Source: a virus. Taken from it: 64,000 nucleotides of DNA. A model generated the notes under the pieces. It made no database searches and was not told the DNA's origin. It saw only the letters and a list, made by a program, of their open reading frames with translations. Shown here one piece after another: positions 55,411 through 64,000 of this stretch (its first letter is position 1; every line of letters begins with the position of its first letter). The position numbers were made by a program, and so were the translations under genes. The stretch covers positions 32,001 through 96,000 of IMG/VR virus record IMGVR_UViG_3300032163_000003. One strand, 5' to 3'.

Positions 55411-55764
55411 CTACTCCATAATCTTTTTCACTATCTCGATTGGATCTCCAAGAGTTTTTCTTAGTTCTTTTGCTCTTTCTTGTTTCTCTTTGTACTTCTT
55501 TCTCAGTTCATCTAATCTTTCCTCTTTGGTTCTAGGATATGAATTAAAGACAGGAATTCCTTCTAAGTTCAGTTTCCATGAATTCCGACGTCTCTTTTTA
55601 AGAACATCAAAAGACCACTTTACACCCATAACTCTTTGAACCCAATCAATACTTCCAGCACCAAGACAAACTTTGCAGAGGACACCTATCTTTTCGCCTT
55701 TACAGTCTTGAATTAGGTATCCTCTGCCATTACATTTATCACAAATTTGGTCATAAATTTCCAT
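55411..55764 (-). CDS. DnaJ-type zinc-finger family protein
   Basis: MEIYDQICDKCNGRG...CKVCLGAGSIDW. Confidence 0.7.
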   Translation of the reverse strand: MEIYDQICDKCNGRGYLIQDCKGEKIGVLCKVCLGAGSIDWVQRVMGVKWSFDVLKKRRRNSWKLNLEGIPVFNSYPRTKEERLDELRKKYKEKQERAKELRKTLGDPIEIVKKIME

Positions 55765-55767
55765 GAG

Positions 55768-58700
55768 TTAATCCTTACTATCTAACCCGATTACTTGTAA
55801 ATACTTGTCAAATAATTTCACAGATTCGGGCACTTTATCTAAAGTTTCTGGTTTCCTGATAAACTCAGATTCAACTACAGAACGTATATAGTCATTCTTT
55901 AAGTCTGTGCAATCTGACTTGGTAGTTAAAAACTCATGTAAGTTATATGTTGAGCCATGCGCAATCAAACATGCTGTTTCCATTTCACCGCATCTTTGTC
56001 CACCTCGATTTTTTCTACCACCAAGAGGTTGTAGGGTTCTTTTATTGTAAACTCCAATTCCTCTTCCTGCTAATTTGGTCTCAGCAATATGGATCATTTT
56101 GAAGAAATACATATATCCGACTGCTATTGGATTTAAGACCCAACGATTAGAAATCGAGTCAAACATCTTATACTCTGACGGTGTATTTGTATACTCCAAT
56201 GCTTTCAAAACCATCTCTGCTGTGGTAGATTCAAACGGTGGTTCTACAACTGACAATTTATAAATGAATGTTTCATCCACAGTGGTTTTATTTAATTGTT
56301 CTTCGAACTGCTTATAGTACCAGTTATCTTCTGTATTATCAATAATTTTTATGTAATCTAAGATGTATTTCTTTAATTCTTCTTGAGTCTTTTCTTCTGT
56401 TAACATAGTAACCAACTGCCGTTTCAAATCAACCAAAGACATCCCAAGATGTAGTTCAAAGATCTGACCTAAGTTCATTCTGGATATAACACTCAATGGA
56501 CTGATGCAAATATCTACATATTTTCCATCTTCCATTCGTGGCATTTTTTCTTTTGGAAGAATTTTAACTACACCTTTATTTCCGTGACGATTCCCAATTT
56601 TATCGCCAACTTCAATCTTTCTCATGTAGATTCCATACATCTCTACATAAACACCTTTAACTTCTTCTCCTTTGATTTTGTATTTTCTTCCTTTTTCTGT
56701 CTTAGAGAACATATTCAAATTATTCTCTTTTAGGAATTTTTTTACATCTTCTGGTGGTAAATGTTCCAACAGAGTTTCTTCAATTTTCTTTTCTTCCTCT
56801 AGTTGTTTTTCTTTTATCTGTTCCACCCACTTATTATACTCTGGAATTGACCTGTTCCAATTATTTGGATAAACTTTTAAATGAAATACGTACGCTGGTT
56901 TGTTAAATGAGTGTTTCGTTTCTTCTTCAAAAATAGACGAAAAGTTAACTGGTCCATCTGGTATTTCTTTCATGACTGCGTATGGAATATTTTCTTGGAT
57001 GGCTGCTAGTTTAACTCTTTCGTTCTTATTATCTTCTCGATCTAGAATAGGAAGAGGTGTATACTTCTTTCTGTCAACACTCAAATCTAGAAGAACTTTA
57101 TTCGGTGGTATTTCAAAAGACAAGTCAACAAAGTGCACGGAAGTAAACATTTGTTCTTGGACTCGTTCGGAAATGATAATTGAGTCCTCATAATTAAGTC
57201 CATGATATGGCATTACCGCTGTTAAATAGTTTCTTCCAAACTTTATTTGACCATTCTCGCAGAAGTTACTTTCCGCTAGAATTTGTCCAGCTTTAACTCT
57301 TTCTCCAAGTTTAACATATGATGTCATGTAGTCTATATTTTCTACATGTGTATTTCTTATCGATATGTCAAAGGTATCATAGTCTTTATCGTCATATAAA
57401 AGAACTAAAAATTCGTCGTTCAAGAAGATAACTTGCCCATCTTTTCTAGCTACTTTTATGAACTGAGTCTTGTCAGTATATAACCGCTCGCAACCAGACT
57501 CAACCAATGGAAGTTCCGGTTTTTCTAACATAATCGCCTGTCTCATTTGAGAAGACGCCATTTGTAATCTGGTCTGGTCGTCATGTTCAGAAAATGGAAC
57601 CATCGAAACCGGAATGGAGATAGTAGATTTCTCTTCTAGTTCTTCAGAAAATCTAAGATTAGGATCTAGTTTCGTATTAACTAAAAGGTTCTGCAGAACT
57701 CCACAGTTTTCCCTATCTGGTGTATCTACTGGACAAATTCTTCCAAACATTGATGGCCACAAGTCCCGTAAATGAACCGGAACATTTTCTTTTGTAAAAC
57801 CATCTGGACCAACTAAACTTATTCTAGTTAGTTTAGATAACTCGTCAATCGGATTGATTGAAAAATCAAACTGAATTATATTTGAGACGTTACAATCTTG
57901 GATGATTTGCTTTGAATTTACATTAAATTTTGGACTGCTTGATTTGAAGCACGCCAAACATAAGTTAAACAAGTTCTTTGCAATTTTGGATAAAACTACA
58001 TACTCAAAGCATCTAATTCTTTTATTTCTATAATCTTTATCGTCAACTGGATTTGAAATCGCATATAACAGTTCTTCTATAACAGAATCTTTATGGAAAA
58101 ACTGACTGCTCATTAAGTCAATTCTAGGAAGAAGATCTAAGGAGTATATTATTTTCTCCCCCCTTGTTAGGGGATCGATCGTTGAGTAATTTTTTCCTAC
58201 ATCGGTAATGAAATCTTCTTTACTATATCCAACTGATGATTCGTGATAAACTTTTAAGTCATATAAAAGTTTATCAGCGATGGAACTAGAATCTGTAATT
58301 ATTGGCGCCTCAATTTTGTCTAATTCAAATCTTTTTTCAATTTCTTCGTATCCATAATATGCGAATAGAAGAATTGCAAAAGGAATTTTCTTACCCAAAA
58401 TTGTTACATAGACGTAATCTACAAAAGTTGAGTCTGGCTCTTTTCTATGAGAAACCATTATAGTTCCAACATTCGTTCTTAGTTTAATATCAGCTCCTCT
58501 TGTAACAATTGGAATATCAAACAACTGGAAAATTGGAACCTTCTTCTTTCCAGAAACTTTGATATAGTTTCCATCAACCAGTTTTGGAATCGCCATGGAC
58601 AAATCAAAGTCGTGATTCCCTTTGCCAAGTAAAATAACTATACTTTTCTTTAAAGTTTTTTCAAGTTCGTCTGTTGATGGTCTTAAATCTTTAATCTCAA

Positions 58701-58842
58701 ACTCTTTAATTACAAAACCAGAATCTTCTACTGGTCTTAGCATTTCTCGAATCTTGTCTTTTAGCTCGAGATATTCCTGTTCTCTAATTTTGAAAATATC
58801 TAAACTATTTTTTATTACAAAATTTGGATTTACTATTTTCAA
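55768..58842 (-). CDS. rpoB: Phage multisubunit RNA polymerase beta-like subunit
   Basis: GRICPVDTPDRENCG, MASSQMRQA, GLNYEDS, GDKIGNRHGNKGVV, SRMNLGQ, GGQRCGEME. Confidence 0.93.
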   Translation of the reverse strand: MKIVNPNFVIKNSLDIFKIREQEYLELKDKIREMLRPVEDSGFVIKEFEIKDLRPSTDELEKTLKKSIVILLGKGNHDFDLSMAIPKLVDGNYIKVSGKKKVPIFQLFDIPIVTRGADIKLRTNVGTIMVSHRKEPDSTFVDYVYVTILGKKIPFAILLFAYYGYEEIEKRFELDKIEAPIITDSSSIADKLLYDLKVYHESSVGYSKEDFITDVGKNYSTIDPLTRGEKIIYSLDLLPRIDLMSSQFFHKDSVIEELLYAISNPVDDKDYRNKRIRCFEYVVLSKIAKNLFNLCLACFKSSSPKFNVNSKQIIQDCNVSNIIQFDFSINPIDELSKLTRISLVGPDGFTKENVPVHLRDLWPSMFGRICPVDTPDRENCGVLQNLLVNTKLDPNLRFSEELEEKSTISIPVSMVPFSEHDDQTRLQMASSQMRQAIMLEKPELPLVESGCERLYTDKTQFIKVARKDGQVIFLNDEFLVLLYDDKDYDTFDISIRNTHVENIDYMTSYVKLGERVKAGQILAESNFCENGQIKFGRNYLTAVMPYHGLNYEDSIIISERVQEQMFTSVHFVDLSFEIPPNKVLLDLSVDRKKYTPLPILDREDNKNERVKLAAIQENIPYAVMKEIPDGPVNFSSIFEEETKHSFNKPAYVFHLKVYPNNWNRSIPEYNKWVEQIKEKQLEEEKKIEETLLEHLPPEDVKKFLKENNLNMFSKTEKGRKYKIKGEEVKGVYVEMYGIYMRKIEVGDKIGNRHGNKGVVKILPKEKMPRMEDGKYVDICISPLSVISRMNLGQIFELHLGMSLVDLKRQLVTMLTEEKTQEELKKYILDYIKIIDNTEDNWYYKQFEEQLNKTTVDETFIYKLSVVEPPFESTTAEMVLKALEYTNTPSEYKMFDSISNRWVLNPIAVGYMYFFKMIHIAETKLAGRGIGVYNKRTLQPLGGRKNRGGQRCGEMETACLIAHGSTYNLHEFLTTKSDCTDLKNDYIRSVVESEFIRKPETLDKVPESVKLFDKYLQVIGLDSKD

Positions 58843-59977
58843 TAGTTGAGTCTCCTTTCTGGAGAAGAGTTGTTAGTTCTAATTTACTACTAACAACTCT
58901 TTTTTGTTTTACAATATTTTTAAAGAAACTTTCTAATTCTACTGATTTTATTTCTTTAATTAACTTTTTAAGAGAAATTGAGCAATTCTCTCGCTTACTT
59001 TTATTAGATAATTCTGGTATTACTTCTAAATTCTTCCAGTGACTTATTATTTTAGGGTGTACCTTATTTTTGAATCCCTGAAATATTGAGAATTTGTGGT
59101 CCAAGTTGTTGGTTTTACTTCGTAAACTAGAATGTGGAATTTTATCTTTATGTAGTTTGAAAGAGATATAAGTTTCTTTTTCTACATCTTGTTTATATCT
59201 TGCGTAGATAGATAGTATTTCTGGATCTTTCTTTCTATAGTACTGAGGACAGGTTTTCTTACAAATATTTGAGCAATACATAAATCCATGTCCATATCGT
59301 TTATCTTTTACTTGTAAGGTTTTAGCTCTCCAGTAAATTTGATATGATGCTGGTTCAAACCAAGTTCTACACACTTTACATCTAACTAAGATCTTTCCGT
59401 TTTCTTCTTTAATCTCCTCAAATTCAGAAAACCATGGATATCGTTTTGAGAACCTTTTGAATGTAAGTTTTGCTTGTTTCTTTCCCTTCATTCTAATGCT
59501 AATAGAAAGTTTAATCTCATCAGTATGTGTTTTATTAAACATTGGATGATTAAATCCAACCATTTTTCCTTTAACTCCAGCACCAATCTTTAATTTAATT
59601 ATTGGGCATGAATTCTGAATTTCTGAACAACACAATTTTTCATTTTTTAGTTTGTATTTGGCAACATTTCCACAACCATAAAAACATAATATATTTTCTG
59701 TATTTTCGAGCTTGCAGCTTTTGTGTCGATTCCCTGTTTTCTTTCCTTCATGTTTTTCTCGATTTTTCTTTTTTGATTCTTTAGTGTGGTGCTTTCCATA
59801 CATTGAATTCTTAGACCCTGGATTTCCGTATAACTTTCTAACAGATGAACATTTTCTGTAACTTTCACTGCAGCAAAATTTCTCTTGTAGTCCAACTTTA
59901 AACTTTGCCAACTGTCCACACCCATATCCACAGTAAATAGTTCCATCATTTTCAATTTTATAACTAATTTCCTTCAT
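58805..59977 (-). CDS. Putative homing endonuclease between RNAP genes (two CxYGCG modules, NUMOD3, HNH-like C-terminus)
   Basis: YCGYGCGQ and LCFYGCGN; MYGKHHT; LDHKFSIFQGF...NLEVIP..N. Confidence 0.75.
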   Translation of the reverse strand: MKEISYKIENDGTIYCGYGCGQLAKFKVGLQEKFCCSESYRKCSSVRKLYGNPGSKNSMYGKHHTKESKKKNREKHEGKKTGNRHKSCKLENTENILCFYGCGNVAKYKLKNEKLCCSEIQNSCPIIKLKIGAGVKGKMVGFNHPMFNKTHTDEIKLSISIRMKGKKQAKLTFKRFSKRYPWFSEFEEIKEENGKILVRCKVCRTWFEPASYQIYWRAKTLQVKDKRYGHGFMYCSNICKKTCPQYYRKKDPEILSIYARYKQDVEKETYISFKLHKDKIPHSSLRSKTNNLDHKFSIFQGFKNKVHPKIISHWKNLEVIPELSNKSKRENCSISLKKLIKEIKSVELESFFKNIVKQKRVVSSKLELTTLLQKGDSTIENSKSKFCNKK

Positions 59978-62697
59978 TAAATTATCTCTCCACGAAGGAT
60001 TTTATTTAGAATACCTTTATATTCTCCAGAATAAAGAATTCCTTGTAGAATATGTTTCTTTGGGTCAGAAAATCCAACACCGAGAAGCCAGTTTTCTTTT
60101 TCTGGAACGCTTTGTACACTATAAAAGATCGGTGCTACTGTATCTCTAACTTCTAGTAATCTCCACTTCTTATGACCAACCCACATCATCTGCGCAACAA
60201 TGCATTCAAAATGAACATGGTAAATAGCTCGTTTATCGTTATACACTTTAAATAATTTCGCAACTGTTTCATGGGGTTTGTGCTTTCCACCAGATTGATG
60301 TAATAAATTTGACGCTTCTGACAAATCTGCTACGATATCTTTCTGGACCATTTCACCGTCTTCATCATCTTCTTTTGTTTGTCCTTTTGTTTTTGCTGCA
60401 CCGCTTGTGTGGAATGTGCGCAGGATCAACTGCGTATTGGCTTCTCCAAGGCTCTGCGCTGCAATAATCCCAATATACTTACTATGTAAATTCTTTAGAT
60501 CGCCATAACACTTTTTACAGACTTCTGGCGATTTACAAAAGATCGGACTTCGAACATAGATAAGTTTGTTAACGAAAGATACACAATTCTCAGGAGTTAT
60601 TAGTTCTAACTTTTTATCTTTTGTTATATGGTATTTATAAACTAGCATTTTTGCTTTTCTCTCATCATTAACATAAACTTCGAGGGTATCTTCAGTTTCA
60701 CAATCATCTAATGTTTCACTCATCTGCAAATTGGCGCAGGTAAATATTAGTTTTCTAGAAAGATATCCAGATGCTCCAGTTTTTAAAGCAACATCAAGAA
60801 GACCTTTTCTAGACCCATAAGAAGACGTAAAAAATTCTCTTTGAGTAAGTCCGTCTAAATAACTATTCTTAATTGGAATTGGAACAATCTGACAATCATA
60901 ATTAGAAACAAATCCTCTAGTTAGAACTATCTGTCGAACTTGTTCCCAACTACCTCTAGCACCAGATTCTACCATATAAGAATAAGCAAAGTTCTTTTTC
61001 AGAAGATTCTCAATTTCCTTACTTTCGATAAGTTGCTGTTGTCCGAACATGTCATCAGCTTCGTATATTTTATCTCGAATTTTATCATGATCTTTAATTC
61101 TACAAGACGCTAGAGACAACGTTGTTCCGAATAATGTCGCATACTCAAAACCAAGTTGTTTGATATTGTCTAAAACAATTTTAGTAACATCTTCATTGTA
61201 TTTTTCTTTAACATCAGTAAGGATAGAAATCAACTCTTTCTTTCTTACTGGTTTGTTAACTAAAGGATAATCTTTTGGAAGATACTCATTAAACGTATAA
61301 ATTCCTTCTGTAACTTCTTCCCCTTTATACATTAGTTTTTTCTGTAAGTGCGGAAATTTATTTGCTGTTAAAGCATAAACTCCAAGAATAATATCTTGAC
61401 TTGGAAGCGTAGATAACTCTCCATTCGCTGGATTTGTAAGATTTTTAGTAATTAGAAATTTATCTGTTATTTCTTGTTTTGCTTCTTGAGTAATTGGAAT
61501 GTATACGGCCATCTGATCGCCGTCAAAGTCCGCATTATATCCGCTACAAACTAAAGGATGAATTTTAATTACGTCATCCATTGTAACTTTAATTTTAAAT
61601 CCAATCATGCTTAGTCTGTGTAGAGATGGTTGTCTATTTAGTAAACAAACTTCTGTCTCAGCCATCTTTTCACAAGTTTGAAACAAATCCAAGTTTTTAG
61701 AATTTATGGATTCATCGATAAAATCCACCGCTTCATTTAAAAGTTTAAATCTTCCCTGTTCAATTAACTTTTGTGCAATTGGGAGTTTATAAATCTCCAA
61801 GAAAACTAAATACGGTATGTAACACTCATCCAGATTAAGAGTTGGATCTGGTGTAATAATCGCTCTACCAGAAAAGTCAATTCTTTTACCTAGAATATTT
61901 TTCCTAATTAATCCTTCTTTTTTAGAAAGTTTTGAGATAATAAAATCATACAAAGTATCTACTACTTTTTGAAGCTTACTATAATACGCATAGAATAACT
62001 GTGGGCTATTCAATACGTTTACAGCTGTTCGCGCCATAGTAACTTTATTTTGTAGAATGTACATATAGCACTGATTGATTGTATCTGCTCTCCAAAAACT
62101 TTTCTCAATATCTTTTGTTGTTGGTCTTAAATCTGGTGGTAACACTATGATATAATTAATAATTAACTTATCAATATTATTCTTGATGATTCTCCAGTTT
62201 CTATCAATTTGTCCTAGTTTAGTAGATGAATCCTTAATCAGTTCATAAACAGCTTCTAATTTATCCCAACTTCTTTGCGCCTGTGATGGCACACTTCCGC
62301 GATTTGTAATTACCAGTTCTCCATTTGTATCCAAATACAAAACTTTGTCTTCATTTTTCAAAAGACTATCAATCATTTCTCTTAACTGGGATTTACTAAC
62401 ACTCATAATCAAATCATAAAACAATGGATTGATTACTGGGATTGGAAGTACAATTCTAGCAAATCTTTTCCTTCTTTCATCTGCACTTACAATATCTACA
62501 TGACAGATGCTACAAGTTCCACCCGATTTTGAAATTCCATGATATGTACCGCATTGACAAGTATAATTTTTTAATGGTCCAAAAATCTGCTCAGAAAATA
62601 ATCCTTCTGGGTGGAACTTCTTTTTATTCATGACTTTTTCTGTAGTGACTTCTTTTAAGTCTTTACAAAATTCATTAATATCAAGAAGTTTTGGCAT
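59977..62697 (-). CDS. rpoC: Phage multisubunit RNA polymerase beta'-like subunit
   Basis: GLFSEQIFGP, zinc finger, VLPPDLRP, LGKRIDFSGR, LNRQPSLH, NADFDGD, AQSLGE..TQ..LRTFH. Confidence 0.95.
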   Translation of the reverse strand: MPKLLDINEFCKDLKEVTTEKVMNKKKFHPEGLFSEQIFGPLKNYTCQCGTYHGISKSGGTCSICHVDIVSADERRKRFARIVLPIPVINPLFYDLIMSVSKSQLREMIDSLLKNEDKVLYLDTNGELVITNRGSVPSQAQRSWDKLEAVYELIKDSSTKLGQIDRNWRIIKNNIDKLIINYIIVLPPDLRPTTKDIEKSFWRADTINQCYMYILQNKVTMARTAVNVLNSPQLFYAYYSKLQKVVDTLYDFIISKLSKKEGLIRKNILGKRIDFSGRAIITPDPTLNLDECYIPYLVFLEIYKLPIAQKLIEQGRFKLLNEAVDFIDESINSKNLDLFQTCEKMAETEVCLLNRQPSLHRLSMIGFKIKVTMDDVIKIHPLVCSGYNADFDGDQMAVYIPITQEAKQEITDKFLITKNLTNPANGELSTLPSQDIILGVYALTANKFPHLQKKLMYKGEEVTEGIYTFNEYLPKDYPLVNKPVRKKELISILTDVKEKYNEDVTKIVLDNIKQLGFEYATLFGTTLSLASCRIKDHDKIRDKIYEADDMFGQQQLIESKEIENLLKKNFAYSYMVESGARGSWEQVRQIVLTRGFVSNYDCQIVPIPIKNSYLDGLTQREFFTSSYGSRKGLLDVALKTGASGYLSRKLIFTCANLQMSETLDDCETEDTLEVYVNDERKAKMLVYKYHITKDKKLELITPENCVSFVNKLIYVRSPIFCKSPEVCKKCYGDLKNLHSKYIGIIAAQSLGEANTQLILRTFHTSGAAKTKGQTKEDDEDGEMVQKDIVADLSEASNLLHQSGGKHKPHETVAKLFKVYNDKRAIYHVHFECIVAQMMWVGHKKWRLLEVRDTVAPIFYSVQSVPEKENWLLGVGFSDPKKHILQGILYSGEYKGILNKILRGEII

Positions 62698-62733
62698 TAA
62701 GCACTCTCCTTTAGGTTGTTGGTTTATCGTCTG

Positions 62734-63021
62734 TTATTGGTCCAAATCTTCTCTTCTCTGGTTCTCTACATCTTTAAAACTAGATGTGATAACGATTGGT
62801 CCTTCTTCTGTTTCTTTTACTAAGTCCCAAGAAATTACATCCATCGCTAATCTTCTTACGAGTTTGTTAACTTTGGCTGTAACTATCCTATCAATTTCTG
62901 GCAATAAAACTTGCGCAATAATTTTTGCGTCTTCTAACTTAACTTGATTCACATCTTTCGAAACTTCTTCTTTGATAATTTGCTTTATCTCTTCAAGAAC
63001 CACGTCATTAAGAAGTGACAT
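62734..63021 (-). CDS. Hypothetical protein (start MSLLND)
   Basis: SD AGGAGG before ATG 63021. Confidence 0.55.
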   Translation of the reverse strand: MSLLNDVVLEEIKQIIKEEVSKDVNQVKLEDAKIIAQVLLPEIDRIVTAKVNKLVRRLAMDVISWDLVKETEEGPIVITSSFKDVENQRREDLDQ

Positions 63022-63250
63022 TCTGTTTCTCCTCCTGTTTAGTCTTAATTCTTTTTCTCTTCTTCTCAATTTGTTTTGTAAGATCTTCTTGAATTGCCTC
63101 TCCAAGAGACTTTGTAAATCCCAAAACAATCTTATTAATTCCATCAGTTATTGTTGGAATTGTTTTATCTATTACTTCTTTTGTAGTATTTAATAGTTCA
63201 TTTTTTACCCTATCCATTTCTTTGTGGATTCCTCTTCTTTTTTTTGCCAT
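63008..63250 (-). CDS. Hypothetical protein
   Basis: SD AAGGA; tight gene packing. Confidence 0.55.
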   Translation of the reverse strand: MAKKRRGIHKEMDRVKNELLNTTKEVIDKTIPTITDGINKIVLGFTKSLGEAIQEDLTKQIEKKRKRIKTKQEEKQNVTS

Positions 63251-63262
63251 AAACGATCCTTT

Positions 63263-63586
63263 CTACTTTACTATTTTAAATTTTTCCCACGGTTTAAAGT
63301 AAGAGTAAGTTAAGTTATAAGTACAAATCAACGAAACTATCATTGGAAGTCCATCAACTTCGAACGGTCTTCCAACTACCTTATCAGATAAACAAAGAAC
63401 ATTCGTACCAGGATCTGCGTTTGGATGTTTCCCGTCTATAACTACTTTTTCAATATTTCTATTTTCATCCAGGTATACTTCAAATCCTTTGATCCAAAGA
63501 CTCTTGTCTAGTTCTATCATTTCATAAATTTCGCCGGCGAATATTATCTTATCTGGAATCATTTTCATTTTCTTTTTTATTATCAT
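63263..63586 (-). CDS. Hypothetical protein with HPN...C motif
   Basis: GKHPNADPGTNVLCL. Confidence 0.55.
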   Translation of the reverse strand: MIIKKKMKMIPDKIIFAGEIYEMIELDKSLWIKGFEVYLDENRNIEKVVIDGKHPNADPGTNVLCLSDKVVGRPFEVDGLPMIVSLICTYNLTYSYFKPWEKFKIVK

Positions 63587-63594
63587 AACTTCCC

Positions 63595-63975
63595 CTACGC
63601 TACTGCTTGTTCTGCGATCAATTCAATGGTCCTACTTCTTTCGTTTATCAGGATTACATAATTTTTGTAATCAAGTGGATTAATCATTGTTATGAGACTT
63701 GAGATAACATCATTAAAAGACTTGAGAGCATTTTTTGGAAAGGGTTTCTGTGAGACAGGAAACTTTTTATTTCCAACGTATATAATCACTCTAGATAATT
63801 TATTCATAAAAATAATTGGATCGATACAATCCAGTAGATTTGAAAATCTTTCTATCTCTTTTGAAGAAACGTCGAATAAAATATCTTTTCTTTTAGTTAG
63901 TTGATTTAGACTTCTAGACATCATTGTTTCCAGGTAGTCTAACTCAATCGCGTAAACTTTCTGTTTTTCAACCAT
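63595..63975 (-). CDS. Hypothetical protein
   Basis: 126-aa ORF upstream of the RNAP cluster. Confidence 0.55.
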   Translation of the reverse strand: MVEKQKVYAIELDYLETMMSRSLNQLTKRKDILFDVSSKEIERFSNLLDCIDPIIFMNKLSRVIIYVGNKKFPVSQKPFPKNALKSFNDVISSLITMINPLDYKNYVILINERSRTIELIAEQAVA

Positions 63976-64000
63976 CTTTTCAATTAGGTTCTTTCTTACC

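Noticed and set aside
55768-62697. Bacterial chromosomal rpoBC locus, or intein/intron-split RNAP
   Set aside because: No ribosomal-protein neighbours, reversed order, phage context; both subunits look complete and the intervening HEG is free-standing

Overview
AT-rich fragment of a large (jumbo-type) tailed phage genome, with almost all genes on the minus strand. Reading in transcription order from the right end: unsplit beta'- and beta-like RNA polymerase subunits separated by a homing endonuclease gene (HEG); a long accessory region (about 17-56 kb) with 22 canonical tRNA genes, several tRNA-like or structured RNAs, two RNA ligases, NADAR, a SpoU/TrmH methylase, DNA ligase, FolE2, a PRTase, an R-M-like fusion and two expanded small Cys-rich protein families; then a late/structural block (DUF5661, baseplate-like protein, terminase large subunit, tape-measure-like protein with peptidase M15) ending in a cluster of small genes sharing an MFSFYxLxE leader. 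About 12 free-standing HEGs are spread across the window. Most notable: (1) HEG cassettes that sit right after a tRNA gene cut off at its anticodon and end inside a complete replacement tRNA for the same amino acid; (2) the MFSFY-leader family of candidate capsid-packaged proteins; (3) a 131-nt CCA-ended tRNA-like RNA with a structured insertion in place of the anticodon loop; (4) a 16-member DnaJ-type zinc-finger family; (5) one zinc module shared by three nuclease folds; (6) a candidate late promoter GAAYA-N5/6-TA. All calls come from manual motif reading and hand folding; no database searches were run.
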